Positions 29,201 to 37,457 are shown, numbered from the stretch's first letter. The stretch is DNA of 64,000 nt from Sumerlaeia bacterium (GCA_040219255.1 JAVJSW010000004.1:127266-191265); one strand, 5' to 3'. The notes: generated by a model from the letters alone, not told the origin. Made by a program: numbers and translations.

Positions 29201-32200
29201 ACCAACGGCCGCCAAGTCACCTTCCCCATGATGGTGGCGACGCGCACCTGGGAGGTGGAGGCGAACGGTTACCTGCGGGAACGGCTCGTTGTGCCGAACG
29301 GATTGACCTTTCCAGAGAAAGCGCCGGTCGAACTCTTCTCGGAAATCACCTACGACGATTACGGCAACGCCATCCGCGAAGCCAACCACGGCATCGTCAA
29401 CGATGGCGGCGACGCCGACGACGAACGCATCACCCATCGCCAATTCACCCAGAACACCATCGATTGGCTGGTCGATCGCGTTTTCGAGGAGCGTGTAACG
29501 GACGAAAGCGGCCGGTTCGTTTCCATGACCCGGACGTACTATGACGGCCCGCCTTTCGTAGGGCTGGCGCTGGGCCAGGTCGGCGTCCGCGGACTGCCGA
29601 CGCGCGTCGAGCAGTTCATCAACGGACACGCCGTTCCCGCCTCCAACGAAACCATCGGCGATGAAATCGGCGACGCTCGCCTGGAAGACATCGCTTCGGT
29701 TCAGGCCAGCCGCGTGGCCTACGATGCCTTCGGCAACGCCATCGCCTTGATCGATCCCCTCGGCGTGCCTTACGTTTCCCAGCCCTTCGACGCCGGCGAA
29801 GACTACCTCGGCGCCACCGAATACGGCCATGTTCGCTCCGTGGCCTACGACGACCAATACCACGCCTTCCCCATCGAGGAAACGATCCACCTCGAATCGC
29901 CCAAAGCCCCCCTGGCCATGACCGCCACCTACGACTTCGGCCTTGGCGTGATGACGACTTCCAGCGATTTCAACGGCAACATCACCGAATACAGCTACGA
30001 TGTCTTTGGCCGGCTGACCGCCATCGCGAAGCCCGGTCCGGACCCGCTGAAACCCACCCGGTCGCAGGACTCCTTCGACCGCCCCACCCAGGTCTTCCAG
30101 TACATCGCCACCAACCCCTGGACCGGCACCCAGCTCATCTACGATCGCGACGGCGCCATCGCACCCTTTCCGCCCATCGCCGGGGCCCCCGGCCCCCTCG
30201 CCAACATCGTGCGGACGTTCCTTCGCGAGGATTTTGAGAACGGAGAAGGCTACAATACTCTCGACGCCTTCAAGTACACCGACGGCCTGGGGCGCACCCT
30301 GATGGAAATCAGCGAACCGGAAGCCCCTTCCGAACGCCTCGACATGCAGCCCACAGGCCCGGTCGTGGCGACGGCGACGCGCTATAACCTGCGCGGGTCG
30401 CAGTACACGAACTACATCCCTTACTTCGGCGCAGAGAGCCTCAACAGCCTCTACTTCCCCCCGCCCGCCGCGGCGGAGCCCGGAGGTACGGCCCGCACCG
30501 AAATCTATCCCGACGCCCTGGGCCGGCCGGTGCGCACCGAGATGCCGCCCGAGGATGAAGGCGGCGACCGGCTGGAGACCTGGACTTTCAATCTGCCGCG
30601 CGAAACCCATTCCTACGACGAGGAACAAAGCCGCCCCGGCAGCGACCACTTCGGCGCCCACATGGAGCACGAAAAGGACGGCCTCGACCGCCTCGTCAAA
30701 GTCCGCGAAGTCGTCCGCATTTCCGACATTGGCGACGTACTGCCCACCACGGATTCGCTGCGCGTCTGGCAGACGGAATACGATTACGATTTGCAGGACA
30801 ACCTGATCCACATCACGGACTCGCGCGGAAACCAGAAGTGGATGCGGCACGACGGCCTGGGGCGGAAGGTCTTCATGAACGACCCGGACCGAGGCGTGCT
30901 GGAGTATGAGTACGACGACGCTTCGAATCTGATCCGCACCGTCGATGCCAAGGCCCAGGAAATCCGCTATGGCTATGATGGCGCGAACCGCCTCCTGTGG
31001 GAGGATTACCGCGACGCGGGCCAGCCCGTTTCCCACGGCCGCGACTACGATCCCGCTCAGCCCCTCGGCCCCGCCAACCGCCCCGATGTGCTGTACCACT
31101 ACGATGCGTGGGACGGACCGGCCATCGACTTTGGCAACGGGCGCCCCGCAGGCATCCCCGCCAACACCGCCGGAATGATGGTCGCGGTGGAGGACCTGAC
31201 CGGCGCCGAGACCTTCAGCTACGACCCTCGGGGCCGCGTCGCCTGGCGCGTCAAAGCCGTCGCCGATCCCTACCTCGACCCCGCCGATCCCGATTGGCGC
31301 TCGCGCCTGACGCCCTTCAGTTTCGTCTTTCGCTACGATTCGATGGATCGCGTCCGCGACATGATCTATCCCGACAACGACGCCGTCCATTATCGCTACA
31401 ATCGGCGCGGAGAAATCGACGCCGTCTATGGCGGCCTCGTCACCGACGAGTCGCCCGGCAACCCCATCGTCAAAGCCTACGACGCCATTCCCTCGGGCCA
31501 GGAAGACGTCCGCTGGCTGGGCAACGACATCGTCTCGCGGCGCGAGTACGACCCACGGCTGCGCATGAGGCGCCTGCACCACACCGGCGGCTACCAGCCC
31601 GGCCTCTCGGTCGAGGCCACCGACTATCGCTTTGTCGATTACGGTTACTCCTTCGATGGGGCGTCGAACATCCTCGCCATCGCCGACCAACGCCCCACCG
31701 ACCCCGCCATCGCCGGAGCCGTGCCCGCCGACAGCGAACGCCGCAATACCCAACACTTCGCCTACGACGACCTCTACCGCCTGATCCAGGTCCAATACCC
31801 CCGCGCCGGGTCGCCCGGCGGCCTCGGCGGCCAGATCGATTACCGCTACGACCGCATCGGCAACATGCTGGCCAAAACCACCCCCGCCCCCGGCGCCGAT
31901 GGGCATTTCGAGATTCTGGAGGACGGCCAATCCATCGTCCACCTGGGCACCATGGCCTATGGCGAAGGCCCCGGCCCCCAGACCGGACCCTCGGGCCGCG
32001 TGGGGCGCTATGCCGGAGAAGCCCCGGGCCCCCACGCCCTGACCAGCACCGCCAGCGGCCGCTCTTATGAGTACGACGCCAACGGCAACATGACCCTGAT
32101 CGAGGATGACACCGCGACCTGGGACTTCAAGGACCGGCTCTACGCCCTCGACGATGGCGATCGCCGCGCCGACTATCGCTACGATTATTCCGACCGCCGC

Positions 32201-33829
32201 ATCAGCAAACTCGTCCGCACCCTCGATGCCCAGGGCTCCGTCGACGCGAACCAGCCCAGCACCACGACCCTCTACGTCGACCGGCTCTTTGAATACCGCG
32301 AGGGCGATCACCCAACGAAGTACGTGTTCTTTGGCGACGAACGCGTCGCCCGCGTCACGGGAACGTTGGCTCCGGGGCGGTCGCGGGTGCAGAACCTGCG
32401 CTTCGAAGCCGGCTGGAACCTCGCCACGCCGGTGGTCGAGCCCAAGGCGGGGCTGACCGCCGCCAACGTTTTTGGCTATGGCACCCCCGGATCGCCGGTG
32501 TCGGCGGTGTTCCGCTACGATGGGTCGAAATTCCGCTACATCGAACTCCAGCCCGGTGATCGGGTCGTGCCCGGCGAAGGCTACTGGGTTCACTCCGCCG
32601 GCGCCCACGCGCGGTCGATCACCGGCGCCTATCGCGATATCCTCGAAGTCGCCGCCGCCAAGGGCAGCGTCCGCACGCCGCCGGGCGGAGGCTTCATCGG
32701 CTGGCCCCGCCTCGAACCGATGAAGCTCACCCGCAACCTGCTCCACGCCCGCGCGGCCTACGGCTTCGACGCCCCGACGCAAAGCTTCAACGTCCTCAAC
32801 GCCCCGCCCGAACTCGCCTGGGCCTTTCCCACAACCAAAACCATCGACCCCGGCGCCGCCTTCTACGTCCGCAGCGACGCCGCCGCCGTGCTCCTCACCG
32901 CCACGCTCAGCCAAGCCGCCCAATCCATCGTCTTCCCCCTGCCCGATCACCTCGGCACCCACCAAACCATCACCGACCGCAACGGCGACCTCGTCAGCGA
33001 ATCCGCCTTCCTCCCCTACGGCAGCGAACGCGTGAGCTTTGAGGCGTCCAAGCTAGACGTGGGTTTCGGCTATCAATTCACGCAGAAGGAGCGGGACGCG
33101 GAGAGTGGGTTGATGTATTTTGAGGCGCGGTATTATTTGGGGGTGGCTGGGAGATTTGTTTCAACTGATCCTATACATATCATGGACGCAAAAAAATGGT
33201 CTGTGCAAAATAACCAATACTCTTATGCAAGGTCATCTCCGCTAGGACTGATGGATCCAGGAGGAACTCTTGCTACGCAGAACACAAGAATCGTAGCGCC
33301 AACAGAATTTAAGACAAATGAAGAAACAGGACAAATTGAAGCGTATGCCATGCTGAATTTTGAAAAAGATGGCAAGAACTATCAAATTCCAGTGCGCCTA
33401 GTATTCAAGCCGAAGAGAGAGAGTGTAAAGCCCGTGGGAGAGCCATACCTCGGGGATTTGACTGACAAGGGCAGGACGAGAACTACCACGGTAGGAATAC
33501 AGGGCGTGGGAGCTAGGTCCTTTCACAATAGATCGGGACACAAGCGAGAGGTACGCCAGAAATTTGAGGCTAGTGGAGAAATAAGAGTTGAAGCGTATGA
33601 TGTCAACAAGAAGAAGCCTGTCGAAATAGGAAATATAGGGAATACAGAGAAACCAGTGTCCGTGAGGTATAGCACAAGGACAGGTGAAAAGAAGATGGGC
33701 GTGGAGTTTGGTTCCACTCCAGCCTTTCCTTATACTACGGGTAAAGACCCCGAATCTGCTGACAGAGTCATCACTTTTCCGCCCGAGTGGAATCAATCTC
33801 GTGGGGCTAGAATTGAAAAAGTAGACTAA
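26210..33829 (+). CDS. SpvB/TcdB + FG-GAP + YD/RHS fusion (TcB-TcC-like toxin cocoon) with RHS core and variable C-terminal payload
   Basis: LSLPTGAGSVEGLGESF...PPGRAGFAPGMTLAYN...GIGWSL...IQRQTDKGLP (SpvB); DVNADG/DMNGD/DVNGDG repeats; YD repeats; DHLGT...KERDAESGLMYFEARYY...RFVSTDP...PLGLMDPGG. TTG start inferred from GGAG and a signal peptide ending GIAPA. Confidence 0.88.
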   Translation: MFPKPAQRRPVRLCGRPLGAAVLAMAMAAVGIAPAQDKSGVKPNVLSLPTGAGSVEGLGESFEPQLNSGTGSYSVKIAIPPGRAGFAPGMTLAYNTGAGNSEYGIGWSLAIPMIQRQTDKGLPAYSDADVFLYQGEELARLTDGTWRCENEGSFVRLRREGLGWVATERGGTRHYFGETTRQLRGGKDRFDETFCWHLDRSVDVNGNTIRYVYRQFEDSPGRFYPSRVRYNENEAGTKYFEVSFEYSNPALSSPQTGAVALADWWEAARKTERAEKALQTGYAVPEGWDESFQLAGVDTRPDALSDFRAGFHQRWGRRCSAISVKQENLTIRRYELRYQDEDADKDALQSDLSLLRTVTVFGKNAPPPYDDTNRYRLPTLTFDYTELARPGSAPVFQVRGEPRFPLGDPNTDVLDVNADGLPDIVHIEPEDSVYWLNLGPDLDGTVRFSPEQRLLDVPGGLRLSDPNVQLADFDGDSATDLVHYKGPGGQNIGILCSPARVAENYTDDGFFQNGFSRLGAEQTYTGPAPFALGQPNVQFQDLNFDKFIDVVVSDPFGFTYYLNNEGRSWIDLGSTDFGEAAMANVPSAIQFGTPGVQLADMNGDRLQDLVQVLVDDGRARVTFWHSRGDRRWDLGRVMLGNTFTFSSNVEDLRVMDVNGDGLSDLVALGSGTPRSRLRYWINTGNGSYGAPVTFDERTSQLPAYTAETAIRSADMNGNNMTDLVYANGTRIEFFDFSGGGPKPNMLSGVDNGIGKKVRIDYRSSIDHMVADREAGHPWREAIPMAVPVVTNIITAFGPAFDLNEDGNAWTIEGLEHGFDMDGDSNFDEVYTASIRYHDAYWDPFEKEHRGFRYAEKIEWGDDFQLKWNSPFRTIPDAHPIARVGEAKSVTSVSRFRFHLGDPDGLDNHEYPEPYGGPTRTDERTEDGGGEEESLKGKPLWEETVDGGALADGALIPGEPAPLTYVYLRKEYGYELRRLYGLQGNSPVPAPAFRNTSSTNGRQVTFPMMVATRTWEVEANGYLRERLVVPNGLTFPEKAPVELFSEITYDDYGNAIREANHGIVNDGGDADDERITHRQFTQNTIDWLVDRVFEERVTDESGRFVSMTRTYYDGPPFVGLALGQVGVRGLPTRVEQFINGHAVPASNETIGDEIGDARLEDIASVQASRVAYDAFGNAIALIDPLGVPYVSQPFDAGEDYLGATEYGHVRSVAYDDQYHAFPIEETIHLESPKAPLAMTATYDFGLGVMTTSSDFNGNITEYSYDVFGRLTAIAKPGPDPLKPTRSQDSFDRPTQVFQYIATNPWTGTQLIYDRDGAIAPFPPIAGAPGPLANIVRTFLREDFENGEGYNTLDAFKYTDGLGRTLMEISEPEAPSERLDMQPTGPVVATATRYNLRGSQYTNYIPYFGAESLNSLYFPPPAAAEPGGTARTEIYPDALGRPVRTEMPPEDEGGDRLETWTFNLPRETHSYDEEQSRPGSDHFGAHMEHEKDGLDRLVKVREVVRISDIGDVLPTTDSLRVWQTEYDYDLQDNLIHITDSRGNQKWMRHDGLGRKVFMNDPDRGVLEYEYDDASNLIRTVDAKAQEIRYGYDGANRLLWEDYRDAGQPVSHGRDYDPAQPLGPANRPDVLYHYDAWDGPAIDFGNGRPAGIPANTAGMMVAVEDLTGAETFSYDPRGRVAWRVKAVADPYLDPADPDWRSRLTPFSFVFRYDSMDRVRDMIYPDNDAVHYRYNRRGEIDAVYGGLVTDESPGNPIVKAYDAIPSGQEDVRWLGNDIVSRREYDPRLRMRRLHHTGGYQPGLSVEATDYRFVDYGYSFDGASNILAIADQRPTDPAIAGAVPADSERRNTQHFAYDDLYRLIQVQYPRAGSPGGLGGQIDYRYDRIGNMLAKTTPAPGADGHFEILEDGQSIVHLGTMAYGEGPGPQTGPSGRVGRYAGEAPGPHALTSTASGRSYEYDANGNMTLIEDDTATWDFKDRLYALDDGDRRADYRYDYSDRRISKLVRTLDAQGSVDANQPSTTTLYVDRLFEYREGDHPTKYVFFGDERVARVTGTLAPGRSRVQNLRFEAGWNLATPVVEPKAGLTAANVFGYGTPGSPVSAVFRYDGSKFRYIELQPGDRVVPGEGYWVHSAGAHARSITGAYRDILEVAAAKGSVRTPPGGGFIGWPRLEPMKLTRNLLHARAAYGFDAPTQSFNVLNAPPELAWAFPTTKTIDPGAAFYVRSDAAAVLLTATLSQAAQSIVFPLPDHLGTHQTITDRNGDLVSESAFLPYGSERVSFEASKLDVGFGYQFTQKERDAESGLMYFEARYYLGVAGRFVSTDPIHIMDAKKWSVQNNQYSYARSSPLGLMDPGGTLATQNTRIVAPTEFKTNEETGQIEAYAMLNFEKDGKNYQIPVRLVFKPKRESVKPVGEPYLGDLTDKGRTRTTTVGIQGVGARSFHNRSGHKREVRQKFEASGEIRVEAYDVNKKKPVEIGNIGNTEKPVSVRYSTRTGEKKMGVEFGSTPAFPYTTGKDPESADRVITFPPEWNQSRGARIEKVD

Positions 33830-33864
33830 CTATGATTTATCCTGAAAGGAAGGACGATAGCTTG

Positions 33865-34485
33865 ATGAAACCGCAACGAATCTTTGGTAGTACTGGCATT
33901 ATGCTAGCGATTCTCAATCTACATATTGGATTCGCCCCCGCCTCCACCCCCGAACCCGACAACATCCTCTACGGCCACGTCGTCTTCGAGGACGCCCCCG
34001 CCACCGCCCCCGACCTCCGGGGTATCGAAGTCCAGGCCCGCTTGGTCTCCGGCGCTTCGCCCCCTGGCGAAGTCCTCGCCACCTACACCATCGGCGACAT
34101 CGATCGCGCCGAAGCCAATCAGTACGTCCTCAAGATCAAGGTCGATGCCGCCCCGGCGTCGCGGCCCCGTGCGTTGGAGGATGGCGGGACCTTCGCGCTC
34201 TTCATCGACGGGCATCAGGTCTCGGCACCGCTCGAAGCCGGGGGCATCACCGACACCGCGGCCATGTTCCGCGAGGTCGACATCGCCCTCGACCCCGGCC
34301 TCCGCGCCACCGCCACCGACGTCCTCGCCCATCTCCTCGGCATGGCGCCCCTCACCGGACTCAAGCTCGCCACCGCCGACATCAATGGCGACGGCACGGT
34401 GAACGTGGCGGACTACCTGCACCTCTCGCGGCACCCCGAGAAGGAGACTCGCACCCCACCACCGCCAAAGGACCCCGCCGTCTGA
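33865..34485 (+). CDS. Small secreted protein with an Ig-like PEPDxxLYG domain and a C-terminal dockerin/EF-hand-like motif
   Basis: RBS AGGAAGG; hydrophobic N-terminus; PEPDNILYGHV...YVLKI; VLAHLLG...ADINGDGTVNVADYLHL. Confidence 0.65.
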   Translation: MKPQRIFGSTGIMLAILNLHIGFAPASTPEPDNILYGHVVFEDAPATAPDLRGIEVQARLVSGASPPGEVLATYTIGDIDRAEANQYVLKIKVDAAPASRPRALEDGGTFALFIDGHQVSAPLEAGGITDTAAMFREVDIALDPGLRATATDVLAHLLGMAPLTGLKLATADINGDGTVNVADYLHLSRHPEKETRTPPPPKDPAV

Positions 34486-34558
34486 CGGCAGGCAACCCAG
34501 CAATCCACGCGCTGCAACGAGAGCCTCCACCCTGGAACGCCGTCTTCCCATCACCGCG

Positions 34559-34831
34559 TCATGATGGCGGCGCATCTCTCCTGCGTTCCTGGTCCAGGCG
34601 CCGCGCGCCCGCTTCTCCTGTCAGGATCAGACCCGCCACCAGGCCGAAGCAGCACAGCGACGCCAGAAACATCGGCAACGCCACCCGATGATTGCCCCCG
34701 TGGAACGCCTCCATCGAGGCGGTCAGCAGCCAGTACTGCGTGACGCAGATCGTGGCACAGATCCAGAGCCGGGCGGTGATTCCGGCGACGACGCCGGGCC
34801 GGGTGTCGAATTGCGGCTTTCCTATAGGCAT
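34559..34831 (-). CDS. Small two-TM membrane protein (DUF6755-like), last gene of the molybdoenzyme operon
   Basis: QYWLLTASMEAFHGG motif between two hydrophobic helices. Confidence 0.6.
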   Translation of the reverse strand: MPIGKPQFDTRPGVVAGITARLWICATICVTQYWLLTASMEAFHGGNHRVALPMFLASLCCFGLVAGLILTGEAGARRLDQERRRDAPPS

Positions 34832-34850
34832 GGTGATTTTTCCCTTCCGG

Positions 34851-36149
34851 TCAGGCGGTGATGGGGGCGGGGCGGAGTCTTGCGGCGCCCTTGCGGCTTA
34901 GAACCCACGCGATGCACAACGCCGCCACGCCCAGCACGATGAAACAAAGAAATCCCTCGGCGTAGCCCGCGGTGCCGTGCAGCCGCACAAGCCACCCCAT
35001 GGCTGGCGGAATGGCGAAGCCTCCGAAGGCCCCCAATCCGCCCACCCAACCGGCCGCGCCGCCGATGGCCTGCGGCACTTCCTGCGCCACCAACTTGAAC
35101 GTGGCCGCGTTGGCCACCCCCATGCCAGCCGCCATCAGCGCCGCCCCGGCGCCCGCCAGGCCGAGCGCCGAGGTGAAACTCAGGCATCCAGCACCCACCA
35201 CCATCAGCGCCAGCGACGCCATGACAGTGTTTTCCCCGCCAAAGCGGTCGGCCACCGAACCGCCTGGAATGCGCAGGATCGAAGTCAGAAGACTATAAGC
35301 GCCCGTGAACGCCCCCGCCAGCACCGCCGAGAGGCCAAAGCTTTCCCGCCAGAACGTCGGGAACCAGGCCGTCAGCGCGATAAACCCCCCGAACGTCGTG
35401 AAGTAGATGGCCACCAACGCCCATGTCTTCCACGTCCGAGCGGAAACTTTCAGGCTTTCCAGGCTGCTGCCGGCGGGGAAAATCTCCTGCCCCGCGGCCT
35501 CGGCGTTGCGCCGTGCCAAATCCGGCTCGGCCCCTGCGGCGCGATACTGAAAATACCAGGCATTGCGCCCCATCAGGAAATAGACCCCCAACCCGACCGC
35601 CAGAATCCCGAGCCAGACCACATACGAAACACCCAGCCCCAAACGCGTCAGCGCGATCGGCAGCACGAACGAAAAAATCCCCGGCGCCAGGTTGCCTCCC
35701 CCGCCGAAGACGCCCAACGCCTTGCCCTGGCTCCCCTTGGGAAACCAATAGGCCACTTGGCCGATGCCCACGGAAAACGTGGCGATACCACAGCCGCACA
35801 GCAGCCCGAACAACAGCAGCAGCGGATAGTAACTCTGCGTCAAACCCTCCGGATACTTCGTCCACACCAGCACCGTCAGCCCCAGCATCCCCAGCAGCGA
35901 AAGCCCCAGGAGGATCAGGAACGGCTTGCGGCCACCGTTGTTCTCGACCGACGCGGCGAACGGAATCCGCAGCAGCGACCCCGACAGCGCCGGCATCGCC
36001 ACCAGCAGTGCCACCATCGTGGGCGTCAGTTCCATCACATCCTGAAAGAGCTTCGCCGTCGGCCCGAAGAGAGCCACAGACGCGAAGCCGAAGAAAAATC
36101 CCAGGGTGGCTCCCCAGAGTCCTTGGCGTGGTGTCCCTTTGATTTCCAT
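34851..36149 (-). CDS. narK: NarK/NasA-family nitrate/nitrite MFS transporter
   Basis: About 12 TMs; GSLLRIP; GIATFSVG...WFPK..QGKALG.GGGGNL; YFTTFGGF; GMGVANAATFKLV...GWVGGLGAFGGF. Confidence 0.85.
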   Translation of the reverse strand: MEIKGTPRQGLWGATLGFFFGFASVALFGPTAKLFQDVMELTPTMVALLVAMPALSGSLLRIPFAASVENNGGRKPFLILLGLSLLGMLGLTVLVWTKYPEGLTQSYYPLLLLFGLLCGCGIATFSVGIGQVAYWFPKGSQGKALGVFGGGGNLAPGIFSFVLPIALTRLGLGVSYVVWLGILAVGLGVYFLMGRNAWYFQYRAAGAEPDLARRNAEAAGQEIFPAGSSLESLKVSARTWKTWALVAIYFTTFGGFIALTAWFPTFWRESFGLSAVLAGAFTGAYSLLTSILRIPGGSVADRFGGENTVMASLALMVVGAGCLSFTSALGLAGAGAALMAAGMGVANAATFKLVAQEVPQAIGGAAGWVGGLGAFGGFAIPPAMGWLVRLHGTAGYAEGFLCFIVLGVAALCIAWVLSRKGAARLRPAPITA

Positions 36150-36207
36150 GATCTGACTCCAGATATCCAAAAAATGGGCGGGTGCGTGCCCGTCTGATTC
36201 ATGATCT

Positions 36208-36735
36208 CTAGGCGAGGCGAATTTCGTTCAGACCGACAGCCACGACGCGTCCTGGCTCGACGCGCAGAACCACCTGGCGCAGGGGCCGCAATTCGCGCGG
36301 CGGGCCTTGCGTGCCTTGGCCCGACTCGATGTCGAAGCGCCCGTTGTGACAGTGGCAGCCGATGTACTCGCCATGCTCACCGTCGGAACAATGATAGGAA
36401 ACCGGACAAGCCAGGTGCGGGCATTTCTGGTGGAACGCGATGAAGTCGCCATTCTCGCGGCGGATCAGAATCGAAGGCGTCTTGTCGTCCGGGTACGTGA
36501 AGAGCATCCACTTGCCCGGCGCGAGGGCCTCGGCGCCAGCGATGGGCTGCTCGGGAAAGGGGCCTTCCTCCTCGGTCAGCGACTTCACCAGAATGGAGGC
36601 GTTGCCCACCATCAGCCCGGCGCTCACCAGGCCCAGGAAGCGCACGAAGTCGCGGCGCGTGATGAAATCGTCGTATTCTTGCTCGATGGGAAAATCTTCG
36701 CGCCATTTCGGCAGGCGTTTGTCTTGGGCCGTCAT
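36208..36735 (-). CDS. Rieske 2Fe-2S protein with a Tat-like TRRDFV motif and a TM helix
   Basis: CPHLAC...CHCHNGRF; GPPRELRPL. Confidence 0.9.
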   Translation of the reverse strand: MTAQDKRLPKWREDFPIEQEYDDFITRRDFVRFLGLVSAGLMVGNASILVKSLTEEEGPFPEQPIAGAEALAPGKWMLFTYPDDKTPSILIRRENGDFIAFHQKCPHLACPVSYHCSDGEHGEYIGCHCHNGRFDIESGQGTQGPPRELRPLRQVVLRVEPGRVVAVGLNEIRLA

Positions 36736-37457
36736 AGGAATTCCGCCTCCTCGTCGTCGTCATGGGTTGCAGAGATCGCCGCCAGATGAAGCGGCAGTGG
36801 CTCCGTCGTGGGATCCACAAAATCGCTGTCGAGTTGAAAGCGCTCCTTCAGCTTCATCGCCAGATCGACCGGCCCTTCCGCGCCTTGCAGCAACTCCGGC
36901 CAGTCCACCACCATCTCTTCCACGTCGTGCGGCACCATCACCCACACGCGGGTTTCGACGACCTGATTGCCAAAACGCCACCGGTTGATCGGCTTGCTGT
37001 GCGGACGCAGGCGCTTCATGTCTTCCATCGTGCCGTAATACAACGCCCCCGTCGGGCAAACCGTTGCGCACATGGGCTTCTTGCCGGCGCTCGTGCGATC
37101 GAAACACATGTCGCATTTCTGCATTTGCTGAATCTGCGTTTTGATGATGGGAACGCCGAAGGGACAGGACAGCTCGCAATTCGAACACGCGATGCAGCGC
37201 GGCTTCAGGCTGCTGTGCACAATGCCGTTCTCGTCCATCTTGATCGCGTCGGCGGGACACGCCATGGCGCAGGTCGGCACTTTGCAGTGCATGCACACCA
37301 TCGGCGCCGTCTGGGGGCTGACGGTGGGCTCCACCTGATCGACGTGGATCATCGGCGTCCCCCGGTGCGTCGAGCACTCCGAGCAGCCCGCGGCGCAAGC
37401 CTGACAGCCGATGCAGCGTTGAAAATCGATGAAGAACTCTTTGATGCGGGTCGTCAC
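36732..37457 (-). CDS. 4Fe-4S dicluster electron-transfer subunit (DmsB/NrfC-like)
   Basis: CIGCQAC, CMHCKVPTC..ACP, CIACSNC..SCP and KCDMC...CATVCP; GTG start overlaps the upstream stop. Confidence 0.9.
   Translation of the reverse strand: MTTRIKEFFIDFQRCIGCQACAAGCSECSTHRGTPMIHVDQVEPTVSPQTAPMVCMHCKVPTCAMACPADAIKMDENGIVHSSLKPRCIACSNCELSCPFGVPIIKTQIQQMQKCDMCFDRTSAGKKPMCATVCPTGALYYGTMEDMKRLRPHSKPINRWRFGNQVVETRVWVMVPHDVEEMVVDWPELLQGAEGPVDLAMKLKERFQLDSDFVDPTTEPLPLHLAAISATHDDDEEAEFL

Noticed and set aside
26153-32965. Long minus-strand ORFs (926 aa and 1298 aa) within the RHS gene
   Set aside because: Antisense shadows caused by codon bias; the + strand carries all recognisable motifs.
26210-33829. 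T6SS Rhs effector
   Set aside because: No PAAR, VgrG or Eag; the SpvB/FG-GAP N-terminus indicates a TcB-TcC-type protein.
33865-34485. Immunity protein for the RHS payload
   Set aside because: Most of the gene is high-GC like the conserved operon core and has secreted Ig-like and dockerin-like features; only its 5' end is AT-rich. Not fully excluded.
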